Notes: generated by a model from the letters alone, not told the origin. Positions 11,186-26,544 are shown, numbered from the stretch's first letter. The stretch is 64,000 bases of DNA from Psilocybe cubensis (GCA_017499595.2 CM039003.1:930001-994000); one strand, 5' to 3'. Numbers and translations are program-made.

Positions 11186-14100
11186 TCATGAGCTTTTCCT
11201 CTTCCTGGAAGGCAAGAAGCTGCCAGTGTGGATTCGGAAAAGGTACGTCAGGGTATAAATCGCAAAGACCTAATATAATCATGAAGTTGAGCGACTGCGT
11301 AGACGAAAGAGAGTACTAAAAAAAACTTACGTTGAACATTGAGAATACAATCATGAACCCAATGTTTCGCCAGCGATGGTCGTAAAAGATATTGAAGTAA
11401 GAGGCAAGATATTGATCAGTGTTGTTTACACCGCAGAACTGGCAACCTGATGTTGCGTCTGGGTTTTGCAAGTAACCTCCGGCAGTGGAAATGAAGTCGG
11501 CCATATATTGGCCGCATGTGAGGTTGTTGGGCGGCTCAACAGTCACGAATTCGATGGGAGAGCAAGACACAGGGCGATGGCCGAGAGCTGGATAAATATT
11601 AAGCATCGAGAAACTGCATTGGTAAAAACATTCCAAGGGACATACCTTGACCAGCGAATCCTTCGAGAAGGTAGGTGTAGGGGGAAACTCGGTACCTATG
11701 CAACGTATTGGCATCGCTTTAAGAATCGAAGACTAAAAAAACGTACATCCACTTCCACCAGTTAAGTTCCCTGTATGGCTGCATCACACCATTGCTAGAG
11801 AAGAAAATGTGAGTTTCTTTGGTCAGAAGCATTTTTTTTGTCAACTTACAAGATAATGATGAAGGAGAACAAGAACCCGAAAAGAAGCTGGGCAATTTCT
11901 GCGCTAGGCGCCATACTTGCAATAGCCTGGGCGATGGTAGTGTAGTAGAGAGGGAATACAACTCCAACAGACAAGTACGAGTAGCCGGCGCGACCGGATG
12001 GGAAGCGGGAGGTCCAGTACCAAACAAGGAAGTAAAGGCTGGATCCCAGGATGTTCCAAGGCAGTTCGGCCAGAATTTGGGCAGTGATGAGGGCGGTCCA
12101 GCTGTACATTCTGCTTGGGCGCTCCCTGACCTCGTAGATAGTACGGGTTGCGACGAAGGGAACTTGCAACATGTTTGCCAACGGTTGACTGTAAAAATAT
12201 TCGTCAGTTTAGTGAACTCAAGGAAGTAATTGAAACCAACCTCAAGACGAGGAGCATGTAAACAGCCTAGTAAAGAGGGGTTATGAGATAAAAGTTCAAA
12301 TCCTACAATGAATGAAGCTTACAAAGATCCTGTTCTGAACGCCTTGCATACTGTCCTGGTTCTTGAAGAAAGACAGACCAATGAAGAAGCCACCAGCGAC
12401 GTTGAGGATGAGCTTCGCGAACAGATATTCCGAGTTGCGGTAGTGGTCAGCAGCTCCTCGCTTGACGAGTTCGATGACCTGGTTGCGCCATGGGGTGGGG
12501 TATTCAGTCCTGAGAGCAGTTTCGACAGCAGGTTGGCTTCGTCCAATTGTGTGGATCTCCTCGATTTCTTGCTCAGTCCTGACTGCCTCGGGGGAGCGTT
12601 TCCAAACTTCGTGCCAGTTGATGCTGCTGAAGGCAGTCGCTCCGGCACCAATAACGTCCAACATATACTCGGCACTAAAAATTAGGCGGGGATAGATCAG
12701 GACAAGGCACCAGTGTAATGGCTAAAAATAACGCACGGATTTTCTTCAGGAAGACATGGGCGAGCGCCGTTAGAGTCGAAGTAGTGCAGCAAAGTTTCAG
12801 CATTGTGTCCAAGGTCACCGAAATAGACTGTTTGGCCACCCTTCCTCAACAAAAGGACGCGATCGAAGACCTGGTAAATTTTGGTCAGTCAAGGCACAGT
12901 AAAATTGTATCAAATGACGTACATGGAACAATTCAGCGGAAGGCTTTTTGGAAAAAAAAAAGTCAGTAAGATGGCAAAGAGGTACATCACCGCAGAAGCT
13001 CACTTGATGAATCCTAATGAGTGACACAGAGATCAGTATATAAACAAGTGATAATAGATGATTTACTTACGTGCACAGGATAGCCTGGCCTTGATCAGCC
13101 AAGCTTCGTAAGAAGGCAACAATGTTCCAGGCACTCTGAGAGTCAAGACCAGATGTGGGCTCGTCGAGGAAAAGCAAAATTTTGGGCTATTATAGAATAA
13201 TTTAGATGGATGCTGACACGGGAGGTTCAATAAACACGCACCTTCGCCGCGAGTTCGACACCGATGGTGGTTCGTTTCCTTAGTTCCACGCCGAGGGATC
13301 CGACAATAGCGTTCCTTTCATTCCAAAGGCCACACATGTGAAGGCATTTGTCGACACTTGATAATTCAATTTAACAATTGAAATGAGTAAAGTATAGAAA
13401 GACTTACTATTCTTCCTTCTCAGCGAGAGGGACCGTTACAGGCTGACGCAATTTAGCAGAGAACAAGAGCGCCTCCCTAACAGAGGCGGTAGGCAAATGC
13501 GTATCAAGCTGTTGGCAGTATCCACTATAATGATGTGAGTGATGTGAGTGGGAACGCTATTACGATAATTTGGTTCTTACGTTTGAGATTGGAAGTCATC
13601 GGGAAGTGCCTGGCCATTGATGAATCGATCACCAGTAACAACACCGACATCGGTTCGCTCGGCGAGGACGTTAAGAAGGGTTGTCTATGAATAGCGAGAG
13701 ATGAGCATTAAAAACACACGTCGAAAAGACAACAACAGACCTTTCCAGCTCCAGATTCACCCATCAACGCCGTCAACGATCCGGGGAACACATAGCCAGA
13801 AACATTATCGAGAAGTTGCTTTGTGTCGCCATTGGGCAAGTTGATGTGGTACCGAAGGTGGGTGAACGAGAAGACATCCTTGTGCTTAGTGCCCTTGTCT
13901 TTGCGGCCGTTCGATGAGCCCGTTTCATGAACCGGCTGCTTCTCGGTGTAGCCTGCATCGTTAGAATCCGCAGCGTCGTCCAACTTGGTACCGCGCTTGT
14001 ACAAGGTCATCACAGAAATACCGGTGAGGGATGTGTTAATTTCGGTGAACAAAAAGAGTAATCCAAAGAAGAGCATCCCAAAGGCGACGAGGATGCCAAA

Positions 14101-16755
14101 GTTCTATTGTGAATGATCAGACACTGCCTCAAGTTGGATCACCGATAAACTTACCCTCCAAAGGTGAGAATATGTGTAGTTGAAGGACAGCTTGATGAAA
14201 CGGCTTCCTTGTACGCTGAGTTGACCGGGAATAGCTCCAACAGTCCCGCAAACTTGGTTGGCGAGGGTGATATTGGCGTAGCTAGGCCCTTGAGGTACAA
14301 GAGCGGTACACAAGCCGTTCAAAGTTCGGAATTCGTTGGACATGACACCTTCAAATCCATATTTGAGAGGCTAAGGTGGGTTGAGTCTCAATTCTTCTGG
14401 GGAGTAGAATACCACTTACATTAATGTACGTGAGCCATCGTAAGACCCAAATCATGGATGCATCAGGAAGGACGTAGCCTATAATGGAGATGTCAATATC
14501 GTATTGCCGGTACAAATGTGAAGCGATAATACCTGTGTACAAGGCCATGGATAGGATAGACATTCCAGCCAAAGTTTGAGCAGTAGCTGTGAAGAAAGAG
14601 ATGAGATGAAGTGTATAGAATTTAAAATATTATGTCGTTTACCTTCGGATTGACACATGGCCGCCAAACTTCGGAAATACGCTCGCATGAGAACAGCAGT
14701 GAAGAACACAAATAGCAGGTAAATGCTGTGGCGATAATAAGAAACTGACGCATGATGTTATGGACAGGGTACGCACAAGAATTGTTCCGCCGATTTTTGC
14801 AGCCCCACGAGAGAGTACACCAAACCACCGAATACCAGAGATGTGAAGAAGGTGACCGGGACATCAACGAGAGTAAGTGCCACCGCTTCAATGAATGGGT
14901 GGTATAAACCCCACTGTTGATGCCTCAAGATGATGGGTCGTTGAGAGAAGAGGGCGGGAATTTCAGTTGTGGACATGAGTGCGGACAAGAAAAGAGCGCT
15001 ACAAGATATCAGTTAGCAGATGGTTCAAATGGTGATCATCAGTGCACGTACAAGAAAAGAACACCGGCTCGCGAGTAGAAAGCCGATGATTCTTGAGGAG
15101 CCTTTAAGAAAAGTGTACCCATAATAATGCCTTGGAAGATGTAACCACTGATTTCCAAATAAATGTCAGATCGAAAAACTTGAATCAATGAGATGTTCTG
15201 ACATGATGTTAATCATCGTAACCAATCTGGCACCCAAGACAATGTGGAAGCGTCTAACCATAACCGCAGAGGCCTGAGTGAAGAGGGAAGCAACATAGGG
15301 GGATGTCCGGCGAGCGTATCTGGCGTGTTCAGCAACGACGCTTTGTTTATAGTTAACAACGCCTTTCTCGTCCGCAAGACATTCGGCCAAGTAGGAATTC
15401 ATGTCGTCCCGGTTGCGTTCACCAGCGGCCGAGAGTGCGAAGGATGCAGCGAACTCGGCGGCAGTACGTGGCAGGGGTGCTTCAATCTGACGGGGAATTC
15501 GAGCATTGGGATCTGTGACCGCTACCAAGAAATCGGCGGTGGTCTGACGATGGGCAGGCTCGTAACCCAGATTGATGAAGTAATCCCTGGCCTGGTTGGC
15601 GGGTCCAAAGTAGGCCATTCGTCCCTCGTAGATAACACAGACCTGGAGTTTTTGTGAGACGGCGATATCGGGATTCGACGACAGAAGTACATACCTTGTC
15701 AAACAATTCGTACAGATGCTCTCCAGCCTGGTACAGTGATACGATGGTTGTGAGTCTGGAGACATCGGTCGCAGTGCGTAGAGCTTGAACATATTCCAAA
15801 GCAGTCGACGAGTCAAGGCCTCGTGTAGCGCTGAAAGCGTTACGTTAGTCCAAAACCCTATACAACGCTAAACAAATTAACTCACTTATCCCACGAGGTG
15901 AGACATGTCCTAGCAGCCAAGGCCTCGCAAATAGACACGCGCTTCTTTTCACCACCCGACACTCCGCGGAGGATGGCGTCACCGATTGGGGTATTCTTTG
16001 TGTGTTGAAGTCCGAAGAGGGTCATCAAGGTGTCTGCGGTGGTCTTTGCATATTCGGATCTCGAAAGACCAAGGCGCTGCTTCGGTGCGCGCACTCGTGC
16101 TGCAAATTCGATGGTCTGCGAAACAGTCAAAGTCGGGAAGTGGATATCGTCCTCTGGGCAGTATTGGATATCGCCGCGGTAGGACTTCGCGATTGTCTCC
16201 GGCGAGAAAGAGTCGTAATGGACATCGCCATTCACAGCATGATATTCGTCTCTTTTGTTGCTCAAAATCTTGAGGAATGTGCTGCATCCTGATCCAGGAC
16301 GGCCCAAAACGACTGGAAATAATTTATCAGAAGACGCTGCAAATCAAAGGATGCTGACTTACGAAGCATTTCTCCTGGACGAACGACACCTTCAAATCCA
16401 GATAAAATATCCCGAGTGGCTGGGTGGCGCTGATTTTGAATGACTTTGATGAGGTTGACAGGATTAAGAGTGGAAGCAATGGTATCCTGGTGAGATGCAG
16501 CTGCACCAAGGCCCACGACATGAAGATCTTTGAAAGTCACCCCAAGTTCTCGAGGGATGATTCCAGCCTGTTTGCGGCTTCACATCCCACGTTAGTGTTT
16601 CTACCAAAGCTAGATCAAGACGTCGAGGCTTACCTGTCGACCATGTCCCGTAGGACCTTTTCAAAATCGAAACCTTCATGGACAGATGTCACCTGTTGGT
16701 CTACTTGTGTCTTTTCAGACAATTTGAGAGAGTGGCTCCTGGTTGGGGAATCCAT
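11186..16755 (-). CDS. Full-length pleiotropic drug resistance (PDR/ABCG, SNQ2-like) ABC transporter, many introns
   Basis: NBD1 Walker [10 protein letters not shown] and signature [17 protein letters not shown]2 Walker [28 protein letters not shown] and [40 protein letters not shown]. No lesion seen. Confidence 0.93.
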
Positions 16756-19700
16756 CGTTCAAGCCAATCTACCCTCTATACGTGGTGAGAGAGGCGGTGA
16801 TGAGTTTTGACTAGGCAGACCAGTGGTACTGTATAAGACCCAAGCAAGACTGCAGGCGCAAATGGAAAGTAACTCCCAGATATACTAGGAGGGTCAGGGG
16901 GAGGGCGGTAACCAGAACTGTGAAGGAAAGCAGACGATCCTTGCTCGAGTTCGAGTGGTATTTTGTACCTTTGGCAAATAGTCTAAATATGGCTCGACCG
17001 ATACATTAGGACCCATAGAATCGCAGGGTAAATGAATGAAAGGAGAATGAACGGTTGCAGCGACTCGGTTTCTTCGTGTGTGATCTCGGCTAGGAATACG
17101 CAGCCTGAATCACTGAACAAACAGCAGAGCCGAAGCGATGTCAGGCCGTATATGGCAGAGCCGTATTCTGTAGACCCCTCCATTGCATCTAGCACTGATG
17201 CTCACCGCCAGCTCCCCGATGCCCATAGCCGAAGCACCTCGTCAACGACGATTGACGGCATGCTCCCCCCATTACCAAAAACGCTGAAGCGGGAATCTCG
17301 GATTAAAGTTTTGATCTCCATCAAGTATCTGTTGAACAATGAAAAACTCGAGAAACTAGAGAGGTTACTGCGTTGAAGAAGAAGATATTTGTTGTCCAGA
17401 GGTACAAATTTAGAAACTCGATTAGAACTCCTACTTGCTCCGAAAGACACGTGAAGTCCCCTCTGATTGTTCACAATTTGGCTTTGGCCGTTTTCGTCAT
17501 GTCATTCACGAGGACTTCGGCGATGGATGATGGAGTCTTCAACAATTGCCGATCTAAGAAAAATGCACATCTTTTTGATTTGCATGAGCACATTAGTCAG
17601 TCCCATCCTCTCTGCAGCAATTCCGTGCTCTGAACCGAGCTGGGCCTTGGCTCAATTTCAGTCTACCAGAGCGCCTCATCAGAATGCTCACAACGACATC
17701 TTCCTCGACAATTTGACAATAGATACTCGACCCAACACGCGTAATATTTCCATTGTCAGGGTCGCGATTGTTTGGCGAAGGCAATCGCGTTCATGACATA
17801 GGACACGCCTTTTCCTATTAGCATCAGCATGTATTACTTCTGTGTTTGGCATTGTACAACTGCAAATTAGCCTTCAGTCCAGAAAATAGGATATAGCTGG
17901 TAGTGGCTTGGACTGCGCGCTTAATGATATTTATTGGTATGATATTGCTGAATATTTCTATGTCCCCGGTGCAGCGTGTATTTTGAAAAGCAGCAAGTAG
18001 TCTCATAGTTGGAGCATTGTCGAGGAAATATCCCGGAATGCCTATGCACAACTCAAAAAAAACTCACGAGTGCGAAGGTGATCGAAGGAACTATTACCGA
18101 TGTTCTCGTATCTACGACATAACACATAATGCAGCGTGTTGAAAGGCTGCCAGTTTCGAATATGCGACAAACTACGCTCGCTAAATGTGACTGAGTGTTT
18201 CCTTTGTGCAAGTTCGATAGCAGAGCCCGCGGTCTCCAGAATATATGCTCCGTCCAGGGCCGTCCAAGCATGCATTAGGCCACCGTCTTCACTGCGCAAG
18301 CTCGCCATGGTGTATTTCCGTTTTCCATGGTGATACCACATCCGCCGCATCCGCCTTGGAAGAAAGGCTATCTTTGAAAGATATTCTTATCACACCGTCA
18401 TACGGTATACATAGGCGCTTATCCTTTCCAGTGCCCGACCCCGCCTTTCGGTGACAAGCCGAAGTATAGCAACACGAGATGCCGCCTCTCCGCGTATTCT
18501 TATGTGTCGTGAACTAACAATAATCTCTTGTCTTAAAAGCTTCTGCCATCCATTATGTGCCTATGTGCCGCCAGTTCAAATTCTAGGAACCTTCAAAGAG
18601 TTTGCCTTTAGCGGGGCGGGAGCTCTTCCTGTTATAGACCTGCACACCCAACATGCACCGACGGGGACGAGTAAACACCCTGCCTATTTTAGCATCAGAT
18701 GGAAGTTGAGATTCAAGGTTACAGGAGGAGCCTGAATTTAAAACGGTTTGAGATAACTATAACTTCCCGCTGATATCTAGGGAGCACCTTTGCTAGCATC
18801 AGAGCAAGCAGATGGTCGCGAGTGAGAGAGTAAGAGGGTAGAGAAAGCACTACGTAATCGTTCTGGAATACCGGTGTAGATGCCTATCACCTACCATTGT
18901 CTACATGCTCATTGGTAGAATGGAGCATCCGTAAAGCTCGAGCCAGAGCCTGCAGGAAACCTAAAGGCCTATGTTCCGTCGCATGTCGATAACGATGATA
19001 TTAACCTGCCATAGGTCATGAGTCAGGGAAACCAATTACTGGACTATAAATAGACGCATACTTCTATTAATAACTAAACTATTATAGCGTACTTCTTGGC
19101 AACAATAATCAGAAATTGAGCAACACCGCACGTCTAGATGGCAGCAAAATGGTTCGATGTGGTTGCAATTGAGCGCCCAGTGCCTGTGCTCGTCATATAT
19201 ATTATAGTGGGCCTCGATAAGACACGTAGTCGGAGCAGAAGATGCAACCATCGAGGATGCTCCGCTAGAGGCATACTAATGGGTAGTCGATATTCACGGC
19301 AATCGGGACTCGTCTGACTATTCATAGATAGAAAGGACAGCTAGAAGCCATTAATAACTGCATAGGTACACCTGGGGTTCATTCGCAATAACCTTAATTT
19401 CTTATTCTCCACTCAAGGGAATCGTATCACTTTGCACACTCTTCAGAATGAAAGGGTCAACATTTCACTACAGTTTCTTTTGTAATTTAGCAATCAAAAA
19501 TCATTCTGCCACTCAATATATTATGAAATACAAAAGAATTCATTCCGTCAAGAAAGAGCATTGATTAACATCAGCCTCTCAAATCCAATGAGCAGTGTGA
19601 AACCATGACGGATAGAAGACCACTGCATTTCCAGCCGGATTCAGATTCAAGGACCGGATTATATCCCTACCAATGAGATAATCTCGGTGAAATTGGGCAC

Positions 19701-20948
19701 CGTGCAACGATCGACTAGCTCACGAGAGATATAACCAACACTATTATGTTACAGAGCAAGGCGCTCAGCCAGCTGCTGCATGAACCCTGTGACGCTTTCC
19801 GATGCTCGCGTAGCCTAAGAGGCCTTGTGCTGATGGATCATGCACCTTTCACCTTCCTCCACCGACCAAACCCGACTCATCGACACCAACCTCGTGGTTG
19901 CGGTACCGATTGTCTCGCTTGCAATTCCAAATTGTATCCGTATTCCGCATATTCCGTCATTCCACTGGTATTCGACTCGGTGGACGTGCCAATGACGATC
20001 GACGCGTCTGAATAAGTGCCGATTCGAAAGAAATGACTATGGCCATTATCCAGTGAGTCAACAACCACTAGCGAACACGACACATATCCGCGGTTCTCGA
20101 CAACTTAAAGACCAGACCTTGAGATGGATATCACCCAGCTGCGTCGATCGAGATATTAGCGAAGAGAGCAAAATCGAAGACTTACAAGAAGTTGGGTCCT
20201 TGAAAGAGCGGAAACGCGATTCATGGCAGTGTCAAGCGGACAAAGGCGGACGGCGCTACACAGCGAATCATAATATGACATGAGCGGCTATAATAGTTTT
20301 ACATTTGACAGTCTACAATCACAATGACTGCGGGCATTGGCACATCAACTCTTCGAAATTATCGAAACACCAATGGCAAGTTTTATTTCATCCGATACAC
20401 ACCCTCAATCCGCCGAACATACTGAAAAGTAAAGACTAAATAATATCCACAACCAACTCGCAGAAAAAAAGTCTTAACTCAACACCACTCTCGCTGCGAT
20501 ACGATTGGTCCTTGAAGTTTGAACGGGCGCTGGATTTTATTTTAACTCAAGCTCCGTCGAGTAGATCGTGGATTTCATTCGACCTTACAGTAACGCTCCT
20601 ATAAATTCTCAGCGTCGACTGCGTGCATAATTTAAAAATCTTCCATTCCTTCAATCCTTTGATTATTAACCCTTGGAATTTATGTGTCAATGTCCGCTGT
20701 GGATCAATAGACAGTAAGCAGTAAGTGGAAGCCGAAAGCCGCGGAGCAATCCCAACTGTATGCAAGTGTTCAAAAAATGATCTGACAAGACATTTGTGCT
20801 TGTTCAACTATTAACGTCAAGCCTTAGCAGACGGGTTCCTCAGACATGCGCAACAACTAGAGGAAGCGTGAAGATCTTGATATCGAGCCGTCTGTTGCGT
20901 TTATACCATATCAGCAGAAACCTGAACCGAAACCTGCTATCAAATGAA

Positions 20949-21172
20949 CTCTTACTCGACCCTGCTGATGAAGGCACCAAACTGATGAAGAAAAAGAAAA
21001 CAGCACAGCAGATCAAACCAAAGAAAAGGAATCACCTTCAAGCGACTGCCAAATGTCTAAAATGCAATTCACCTCTTACTCGACCCTGCTGATGATGGCC
21101 CACCAGCCGCAAAAAAAAAGAACAGCACCGCAGATCAAGTCAAAAAAAGCATTACCTCCAGGCAGCCGCCAA
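20949..21172. repeat. Two-copy tandem duplication, period ~124 bp
   Basis: CTCTTACTCGACCCTGCTGATGA occurs at 20949 and 21073, each followed by similar AACAGCAC.GCAGATCAA and ACCT.CA.GC..C.GCCAAA segments. Confidence 0.75.
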
Positions 21173-21345
21173 ACGAGTAGTAAAGTAAGTTTTATTTGGG
21201 TGGGTGGGTGAATCTATATCGCACAACGAAAGAATGTACGAGTCATTCATGAGCATTAAAGGATCTATTAATTGCGGTAGCTACAATGGTATTTACAAAT
21301 CAACAGGCGCCAAATGTTTGCATAGAAGAGCACTTACTGACCTCT

Positions 21346-22974
21346 CTAGTAAATCATGGATGACATGTCGGTGCGGATACGGTTGTAGTCGAGGAGACCT
21401 TCAATGGGACCAAGGGCAGCAACAGCAATCTACAAAAGATATCCTCGTCAGTAAACAGTCTATAGAAATAACACACAGAATAAGAGAAACGCACATCCTT
21501 ATCCCAAAGGTATTTCTGAGCAACACGCTTGATGTCGTCAACGCTGACAGCATCAACAGCGCTCTCGATCTGCTGAGGGGTGTATCGCTTGCCGCTGGTA
21601 ACGAGCTGGCGACCAATGTCCTCAGCAACAGCGGTGGTGCCATCGAGACCGAGCAGGAGACCAGCCTTAAGCTGGCTCTTGGCGCGCTCGACTTCCGCGG
21701 TGGTGGGGGCAATGCTCATGCGAGTCCACTCCCGGAGGGTAAAGTGGGTGAGATCGTCCAAGTTCATGAAGTTCTCAGAAACGAGGTAGATACCCCACAG
21801 ACCAGTGTCGGAATACGACGTCGAGAACGACATGAAGGAGTTGGCAAGGTTGTTCTGCGAGATGATGTGCGACAGGCGGGAGGAGGTAAGAGAGGAGCTG
21901 CCGAGGCTGCGATCCCAGTTACCGAAGATGCTCTGCATGACCATCATGGGGAAGTAGTCGGGGGAGCTCCAGCCAACACCCTCAACGGCGATGGCAATGT
22001 TGGCAGTAGGGATGGTGTCGTCCCTGATGCGGACTTCGGAGCCGACGAAGGTGGTCTTGGGGTGGGCAAGACGGCCGAGGGGGATGGGGTTGGGCGAGAC
22101 AGGGAGAGAGGAGAAGTGCTTCTTGGCGAGGTCAACAAGCTCGTTGTGGGAGACACCACCAGTACCAACGAGAACCATCCTGTCGGCAGTGTAGTTGGTT
22201 TTGATGTATGAAGCGAGGTCATCGCGGTTTATTGAGAGAATGTTCTTTTTGGGGCCGAGAATGGTACGTCCAAGAGCCTGGCCTAATTGTGATCCCAATC
22301 ATTAGCGACAAAACAATAGTGGTATGAAGTTTGGTAAAGGGGTTGAAAAGCATTGAACGCTGACGTACCCTGGAATGCAACAGCATGGAGGTGGTCAAAC
22401 ACGACCTCCTCAAGCTGCTTATCCACCTCCTGCTGTTCCCTCAGAATCACGTCCCTCTCCCGCTCAATAGCAGTCGTCTCCAGCTTCGAGTTTTGCAAAA
22501 TATCGCTGATAATATCGACAGCGGCGGGCACATCTTTGCGGAAGCTCTTGGCATAGTAGACAGTCTGTTCTCGCGAAGTGTATGCGTTAAGGTGGGCGCC
22601 CATGTTCTCGACCTCGAGTTCGAGAGCATGTTGGGAGCGGCGGCCTGTTCCCTTGAAGGCCATGTGTTCGAGGAAGTGGGCGGTTCCGTTGGTCTTGTCT
22701 GTCTCTGCACGGCTACCAGCGTCGATCCAAACACCGACGGTGGCGGTTTGGGCGTGGGGCTGCGCCTCGGTAGCGACGGTCAGACCATTTGGGAGGGTGG
22801 TGACCTCGGTGAAGGGGGAAGAGGGGGCGTTGTGTGCTGTCGCGAACCCGCGCAGAGCTCGCTGGCAAAGTCGGGGACTGGATGAGGATATTTTTCTTAG
22901 AAATTTTGCGTCAAACTCACCGGGTTGCGAGCAGCACTCTTGATAACACGGCTGAGGACCGTTCTAGAGACCAT
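21346..22974 (-). CDS. MAS1: Mitochondrial processing peptidase beta subunit (peptidase M16)
   Basis: Zinc motif [11 protein letters not shown], then [23 protein letters not shown] and [12 protein letters not shown]; Arg-rich N-terminal presequence; ends [10 protein letters not shown]. Confidence 0.95.
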
Positions 22975-25900
22975 GGATGCTCAAATCCTCTCGTTGGACA
23001 AGTTTTTTGGAGAAAGCTCCTTGCTCGGAATATCACGCAACGTCCACATCGGACTCTGCCGGAAGCCCAATTTCATTGTCATGTGACCCTGGAACCATAA
23101 TCCTCGCCTCTCGATTGGCCTGTTCGTCTCCTGAACGGTCACCTCGTCTCGACGTCGTTCATTTATGCGATGCTTTATACACCGACACTGTGCATTCAAC
23201 GCAGCACAAAACGCCTCACGATACTCTTTATCCGGGCTTCCTATCGTGCTTTCCGGATGATGCCGCCAGACATAGCATATGCTGAATAAAATGTCAACAT
23301 TTTGTCAATATTTTCTGGAAAACGTCGTTTCTCGTGATCCACTTTTGTAATATCTCATGTCCGGGCGCCCCATCCAAACTCATGTTGGTTATCTGATACT
23401 GAAAAACAACAGTCCCTAGCTGCGCTTATTGGTCTTTTTTCGGACCAATGCGCATACTCTGCCGACGTTACGCGTACGTGACATGTTAATGCAGACAACA
23501 CCTTCAGCACACGTCCTCACGCGTATGAACGAAGTCACTGTCTTACGACAGCTCATACGCGTAAGAGATATGGTAAGTAGATTCGGCATGCACAATCTCT
23601 AATTAATTGATGATCCTTTCCGTCTAAATATCTAAAGTGACACCATTACAGCCTACGGTTGTTTTGAATGCAGCATTTGGCTGCGGAAAGTACACCCAAA
23701 TTATGACTTGCCCTCTGATTTGGTTTCACTGGCAAATCATGATATGTGTCAATCTTTCCGCACTGCGGGCTATCCGACTTACCAGACTACACATTTTTCC
23801 ATAAGTACCCAAAAGCATACCCGAGTCGTCCTGTTCATTCTCGGTACTTTCTCTATCCCCATCTCATTGTTTCTCGCACCCACAATGTTAAAGCTTGACG
23901 CTGAATCCGAGAACAATGTCCAACATCAACAACATACTGTCGACCTTCATACGCTGCCTAATAATTCTGACCAATTGACAACAGTCGGTGGCGACTCCCA
24001 GAATACTTTAGATGTTGTGCAGACTCTTGGTCGACTTGCGAAAAGGTACTCTTACGACGCCTTCAAATTCTTGTCGCTAACAACGACCCCGTTTCTTGTC
24101 TTAGTCGCGAAGATGCTGGGATACTGCCTCGAGAGTTAGGCGTCTCGTTTCGCGGACTTGAAGTTATTGGCCTGGGTGCAGCATCGTCTTACCAGGACAC
24201 CGTCGGCTCCATATTCAACCCCTCCAACATGATCAAGCAAATACAAGCCCAACGCCATCCGTCAACACGCCACATAATTTCTGGTTTCGAGGGCACAGTA
24301 AAACCCGGCGAAATGCTGCGTCAGTACCTCCCACCTAACCAATATTTTAAATCTCTTACTCACACAAATCTATCACCAACAGTCGTCCTTGGCCGCCCCG
24401 GCTCAGGCTGTTCCACCCTACTTAAAATTCTCACTAACAAACACGACGAGTTCCACTCCACGAGCGGGGACATCCTCTACAACACCTTCCTTCCAGGCCA
24501 AATCTCCGCCCACTTCCGCGGGGACGTGCACTACTGCCCTGAGGACGACATCCACTTCCCCACACTGACCGTCGGGCAAACCGTAGAGTTCGCCGCGCGC
24601 GTGCGGGCACCTCGGGCCGCTGCGCGGATGGGCGAGAGCAGAGCTCAGTATGCGAAGCATACAGCGGATGTGCTGCTCAAGCTCTTTGGCTTGGAGCACG
24701 CGCGGAACACGCAGGTGGGCGACGCAACGATACGCGGCATCTCTGGTGGGGAGAAGAAAAGGCTGTCTATTTGTGAGGCGATGGCGGCGAGGTCGTGCCT
24801 AACGTCATGGGACAAGTAATGAATTTTCGACGTCTATATGTTATTTGCATGCTGAGACCACTTTGTTTAAAGCGCGACCAGGGGACTCGACTCGTCAACA
24901 GCACTGGAATTTGTTCAGATTCTGCGAGCGGCAACTGATATCAACCGACTAACAAGCATCGTGTCGCTTTACCAAGCCGGTGAGCGCTTATATGAATTGT
25001 TCGACAAGGTCCGCAAAATTCCCTCCAAAAGAATGCAGCGTCTTGACCATTTTTCTATATGTCCAGGTCTGCGTGGTCTACGAAGGTAGAATGGCCTACT
25101 TTGGCCCTGCCAACCAAGCCCGCGACTACTTCATCAACCTCGGATACGAGCCCGCGCACCGCCAAACAACCGCCGACTTCCTCGTCTCCGTGACCGACCC
25201 TAACGCGCGTATCCCGCGCTCAGACCTCGCCCTCCCCGCTCCACGCACCGCCGCAGAGTTCGCGTCCGCCTTCACCCGGTCTGACATCGGCCAAAAGAAC
25301 GCGCAGAGCGTGGACATCTTCCGCGCCGAGCTGCAAGCTGATAGGAAGGTATCGGAGGTGTATGTAAAAAGTGCTAGGGAAGAACATGATAAGTTGGCTA
25401 GAGCTGGCTCCTCGTATGTCGCATCGCTGCCAGCACAGGCAGCGGCAGTCATGCTCAGACGAATTCAGATACTTCGGGGGGCACTGGTGATATCTATCAT
25501 TAATATGGTGTACGTCTTCTCCGTTATCTATAAGCTATTTGCCTTCGCTCACACTGCAGGTTTACCCAGCGGATACATCTTCCAAGGAATAGTCCTCGGC
25601 ACAACCTTCCTCAAGGAACCAGCATCCACGAACTCATTCTTCTCGCGCTCTGGCATCCTCTTCTTGTAATTAATCTCACAAAAATGTTAAAACAAATGAA
25701 AAACTCACTACCAACCTACCCGCTATAGCTCTCTTTTTTTCTTCGCTTTGATGGCACTACCCGAGATCCCCGCTCTTTTTTCCCAACGGCCTATCATCCT
25801 ACGACACCAGCAAGCTGCGTTCTACCATCCATTCATAGACGCAGTTGCGTTGACACTCGTCGACGTTCCTGTAACATTTCTCAACTCGTTGATATTTGGA

Positions 25901-26544
25901 GGGATCATATATGGCCTCGTGGGGCTGGAGAAAACCGCTGGACAGCTTTTGTACGTCACATCCAATCTTCCTGGCTATCCATTGTCTTCTTTATGCTAAC
26001 GGGATTTGTGTATAGTATATATTTCTTGTTTGTGTTCACCACCGCCCTGGTGATGAGAGCGTACTTCCGTTCATTGGCTGCAATGTGCGCAAATAGACCA
26101 CCTTAAAGTGTAGTATAGTATACCTGACATACCACCAAGATACGTACCCTACATACCACCTAATTCAACAACCAACATCATATTTGTACTTTTCTCATAA
26201 GACACCGGTAAATGTGTATTCAAGTTAACCCATACCTACACCTACTATATATCATCAATCTACATCTGAAACCTCTAATCCAAAAACAGTATTCATTGGG
26301 TATAGAATGAGCGTTCAGCTCATTTGACATCTGACGGGTCAAAATTCAAAATAGATTTCTCACAAGACAGTGATCGTGAGAAAGGTCATGTGAGCGTCGG
26401 GACTTTGACATTTACATTTAGAAAGCTGCAATCAACTTGAACGCGAGGCTTGTATTGAGATGAATAAAACTTGAAACATTGTAGATTTCGCATCTGAGAT
26501 CTGAGAATGTGATTTATACATGCTAGAAAGGAGCGCGGAAATCC

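Noticed and set aside
16983-20900. Short ORFs between the first ABC transporter and MAS1
   Set aside because: No recognisable motifs or consistent splice pattern; a degenerate or highly fragmented gene cannot be excluded.
20949-21172. CTGATGA motifs as hammerhead ribozyme or C/D snoRNA
   Set aside because: I could not build the required stems around a GAAA core or a terminal stem with a D box; a simple tandem duplication explains the recurrence.
21204-22211. 335-aa plus-strand ORF
   Set aside because: Antisense shadow of the codon-biased MAS1 exon; no independent motif.
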